This document shows, in pieces, positions 61,170 through 64,000 of a DNA stretch of 64,000 bases (position 1 is its first letter; the number at the start of each line of letters is the position of its first letter). Location: the NCBI GenBank assembly GCA_034439575.1, contig JAWXAQ010000030.1, forward strand, positions 64,001-128,000. Reading direction: 5' to 3'. The stretch comes from Leptospira sp. GTDB taxonomy: Bacteria; Spirochaetota; Leptospiria; Leptospirales; Leptospiraceae. The position numbers and the translations under genes were made by a program. Under the pieces are notes generated by a model. The model worked only from the letters and a program-made list of their open reading frames with translations. It was not told the DNA's origin and made no database searches.

Positions 61170-62419
61170 TATTTGTTATAGTATGCACTTTGAAGGATAG
61201 AATCGCAGATTCTTCCTTTCGCACCCGTGTTTATTTTTAATAATTGATTACTCGTATGAGGAATGGCGATGATATTACCCTCAGGCGTGACTACTCCATC
61301 ACCCCATTTATTACCACCACTTATGGATGTTTCCAATAATGACATTAGGTACGTTTCACTATTGATCACTAAAATATTAGAAATATCAGATGGGAATGCA
61401 TAGACATTGCCATCAGGTCCAAGAGATGCACCCCTCCATTTGGAATTTGCTTCGATCGGGGTTTTAATAGAAAACATAGCATTTGTTTCTGGATCCAAAA
61501 TTAACAAATAATTACTATTAGATGGGACAAAAAGAATTTTCCCATTCGGAAGCAAAACTCCATGCCGCCACTTCCCAGTTCCAGAAATAGTTACATTAAG
61601 CATACTTACAGAATTAGATTCTGGATCAATAATAAGGATGTCATTGCCATCAACGGGGATTCCATAAATTTTTCCATTTGGGGCAAGGACAGCTCCTTCC
61701 CAAAGATTAGTTTGCGAAGTCGTAAAAGGGATAAGGCTAGTTGAGTTGTCTGATGGATCAATCACCAAAATTGAATTAACAGAGATAGGAATGGCGTATA
61801 TTTTTCCATTAGGTGCAAGAATACCTCCTCTCCATTTATTTGATCCACTTAATGGACTCACAATATATTCGCTAGTTCCTCTTTCTGGATCAAAAACTAA
61901 AATAGAATCTGCATTTCTAGGTATTGCGTATATTTTTCCGTTAGGTGCGAGCACTCCCCCTTCCCATTTTCCGGAACCAGACAAGGATATTGGCAATACA
62001 TTTATATTATCTATTGTTGAATCATAACTTAATATTGAATCTTCATTATAAGGTATTCCATATATTTTTCGATTTTTACCCATCACTCCGCCTAACCATT
62101 TTGCAACATTGGATACTGGAGAATCTAAGGTCGAGAAAGACGTTACCTCCTTTCCGAGAGCTGACTGTTTATATAGTTCTCTTTGTACATACTTCCATTT
62201 TTTTGGTTGAATCACTTCGAGTGTTGTTAATTGGCATATCCCTGGTAAACTTATTTTTGCTCCGCAATATGCAGATTCATCCTCTTGGATTAATTTTAAT
62301 GTAAAAATATTTTTATAATCATCGTTTGTCGGATCACAATTGTTTTTTAAATCCTCTGCTTGGCAGTGAGTTAAAAAAAATAATACTGCAAATAGAGATA
62401 AAATCTTTTGAGCTTTCAT
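61166..62419 (-). CDS. Lipoprotein with 7 x ~44-aa W-x-GGVLAPNGKIYxIP repeats (beta-propeller)
   Basis: LTH-C lipobox, NNCDP, seven recognisable repeats. Confidence 0.85.
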   Translation of the reverse strand: MKAQKILSLFAVLFFLTHCQAEDLKNNCDPTNDDYKNIFTLKLIQEDESAYCGAKISLPGICQLTTLEVIQPKKWKYVQRELYKQSALGKEVTSFSTLDSPVSNVAKWLGGVMGKNRKIYGIPYNEDSILSYDSTIDNINVLPISLSGSGKWEGGVLAPNGKIYAIPRNADSILVFDPERGTSEYIVSPLSGSNKWRGGILAPNGKIYAIPISVNSILVIDPSDNSTSLIPFTTSQTNLWEGAVLAPNGKIYGIPVDGNDILIIDPESNSVSMLNVTISGTGKWRHGVLLPNGKILFVPSNSNYLLILDPETNAMFSIKTPIEANSKWRGASLGPDGNVYAFPSDISNILVINSETYLMSLLETSISGGNKWGDGVVTPEGNIIAIPHTSNQLLKINTGAKGRICDSILQSAYYNKY

Positions 62420-62585
62420 ATGAATTGATTACTTAATTAGTATAACACAATCTTCAATTAGCTTCGTCTTACCTTCCAAGTGAATACTGATTTTTTTATT
62501 ATTGGCTTAAGCATGAAGCCGAACTTAGCTTTTAAAAAATTTCGAAAACCAGATGTTTGATTGAGGGAAAGGGGAATATGTGTTA

Positions 62586-62645
62586 GAGGGGGGATGCGGA
62601 ACTGCCCACGAGCCACTCCCCTCCACCCAAACTCGGGTGGGGGAT
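62586..62645. repeat. GC-rich palindromic intergenic element
   Basis: GAGGGGG...CTCCCCTC and CCACCC-aaactc-GGGTGG stems in AT-rich DNA. Confidence 0.55.
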
Positions 62646-62723
62646 CGATCGATTATCGGCCCTATTATGTCTCATCAAATCCATTAAACTCCATACAATT
62701 TAAACCTTACCTATCAAAATATC

Positions 62724-63230
62724 TCAATCAATCTTCACTAAAAGAATTTTGAATTTTTTCCCATCTTCCGTTAAATTCGTGTTAACGTTTACAGTTTCCG
62801 TCTTAAACGTGCAGAATATTTGTTGGCAGATCAAATCATTGTTAAATTTTTTAGGATTCGAATTTGAATTTATTTCTTTCGATAATACGCTGAGTTTACC
62901 CTTGTAAGGTGACTTCGTATCGCTGGCCCTTGAGATCGTGAGATAAATGGAGATTTGATTTAATGTTTGAGTGCTACTATCTTCTCTAACTTTAATACCC
63001 AATTTATCCCATGCATAATACAATCCATCGTCTCGCGTTTCTTTAAGATCATATTTTCCAAAAATATTTTCGTAATCTTCAATTTTGAAAGAGACATTCA
63101 ACTTGTCATTGTTAACGTATACACCTTCCTCTTTGATATTGATACTAATATTCTTTCCGTTTATCTCTTTTGCAATCAAACCAAAAGTGAAAAGAAAAAT
63201 TAATGCTAAAAATAAATATTTATTCTTCAT
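62724..63230 (-). CDS. Hypothetical secreted protein
   Basis: MKNKYLFLALIFLFTFGLIA signal; GGAG RBS; YAWDKLGI motif. Confidence 0.75.
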   Translation of the reverse strand: MKNKYLFLALIFLFTFGLIAKEINGKNISINIKEEGVYVNNDKLNVSFKIEDYENIFGKYDLKETRDDGLYYAWDKLGIKVREDSSTQTLNQISIYLTISRASDTKSPYKGKLSVLSKEINSNSNPKKFNNDLICQQIFCTFKTETVNVNTNLTEDGKKFKILLVKID

Positions 63231-63323
63231 ACATAGCTCCATGAATTTCTGAAATTAAGTAATTCTATTTGAGAATTGTTTATTGTCCACTATCATATTT
63301 TTAGTAATGTTCTATATAAACTT

Positions 63324-63412
63324 GGGCGTTCCCAATGGGATAGAATTTTCATTATTAATAGAATAAGGGTCGGGCTCTCCCTCAGGCACGGCCTCCGGTC
63401 GATCCCTAACGC
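63324..63412. repeat. GC-rich REP-like element related to 3861-3995
   Basis: GGGCG...GGTCGGGCTCTCC...GATCCCTAACGC; same outline as the reverse complement of 3861-3995. Confidence 0.5.
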
Positions 63413-63475
63413 ATTAGATTGTTACTTATAAGTAAATTCTGAATTTATTCAAATACTGAAATACGAATCTGAGAT

Positions 63476-63946
63476 TTATAAACTATTTTTCATTAAATCC
63501 ATATTACTTGCATAAGGAATAAATATTTCAGCGATAAAAACATTGTCTTTGATTTGCGAATTCACTTTTCCTTCTAGTTTTTGCAATCGATTACCTATAC
63601 TTTTCAAAGAAAGAAATTTATTTTCACTTTCCTCATTGATTTGATTAGTTTGATAAATCCGTATTTCATTAACTACTAGATCAAGACGCCAAATCGATTC
63701 CCCGAATCCATATTTTAAATCATTTGTGCAAAGTTCATAAAGCATATAGTAAATATCTAAGAAATAGATTCTATTATTAGATTTCAAATGTACTGATTGC
63801 AATGTGGAAGAAAGCTTTTCAGAAATATTAAAATCAAATTCTCTACCGGCATCAAAATACCGCCTAAGTAATGTTAAATTTAGACCAGTTAGAAAATTTT
63901 CATAAGTTAAATTCAGATCTTCGATAGATAATAATTGATTTCTCAA
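63476..63946 (-). CDS. Hypothetical protein, AT-rich
   Basis: 156-aa ORF, TTG start uncertain. Confidence 0.55.
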   Translation of the reverse strand: MRNQLLSIEDLNLTYENFLTGLNLTLLRRYFDAGREFDFNISEKLSSTLQSVHLKSNNRIYFLDIYYMLYELCTNDLKYGFGESIWRLDLVVNEIRIYQTNQINEESENKFLSLKSIGNRLQKLEGKVNSQIKDNVFIAEIFIPYASNMDLMKNSL

Positions 63947-64000
63947 AGATTTAATTATAGAAATAACTCTGTATTGAAGTTGAGGTAATAATTCATTTAT

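Noticed and set aside
62561-62752. 63-aa ORF
   Set aside because: Translation of the GC-rich palindromic element
1-64000. tRNA, rRNA, intact IS, prophage or recognisable anti-phage defence genes
   Set aside because: None recognisable by eye; intergenic GC-rich stretches lack tRNA T-loop/D-loop signatures, and no integrase or transposase motifs were seen

Overview
AT-rich, gene-dense bacterial chromosome segment, almost certainly from a Leptospira-like spirochete. The basis is tandem short spirochetal FlaB core flagellins, many spirochete-type lipoproteins and a DUF1577-like PilZ protein. Core genes include flaB x2, carB, guaB, rsmE, tmk, alpha-2-macroglobulin, a znuABC-type metal ABC operon, alkB with a TetR, acyl-CoA dehydrogenase, an MCP, an EAL protein, a class III cyclase and pirin. 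Three AT-rich accessory pockets lie at ~1.5-4.0 kb, 37.4-39.0 kb and 61.2-64.0 kb. I saw no rRNA, tRNA, CRISPR array or intact transposase. The best leads are: (1) a TGCAAC-N3-RTTGCA operator, mostly on a 17-bp period, shared by the metal-uptake operon (lipoprotein + outer-membrane barrel + ZnuABC) and an atypical Tpx-like protein whose catalytic Arg is replaced by His, suggesting a Zur-like regulon; (2) a eukaryote-type IMPDH; (3) integron-cassette-like GTTRRRY/RYYYAAC boundaries around accessory genes, with no integrase in the window; (4) highly structured GGA-loop (CsrA-like) flaB leaders, with a possible antisense RNA. Two real genes are missing from the ORF track: a VIT-vWA gene at 1-1485 and a 55-aa lipoprotein at 36533-36700. 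All family calls come from motif recognition by eye, not database searches.
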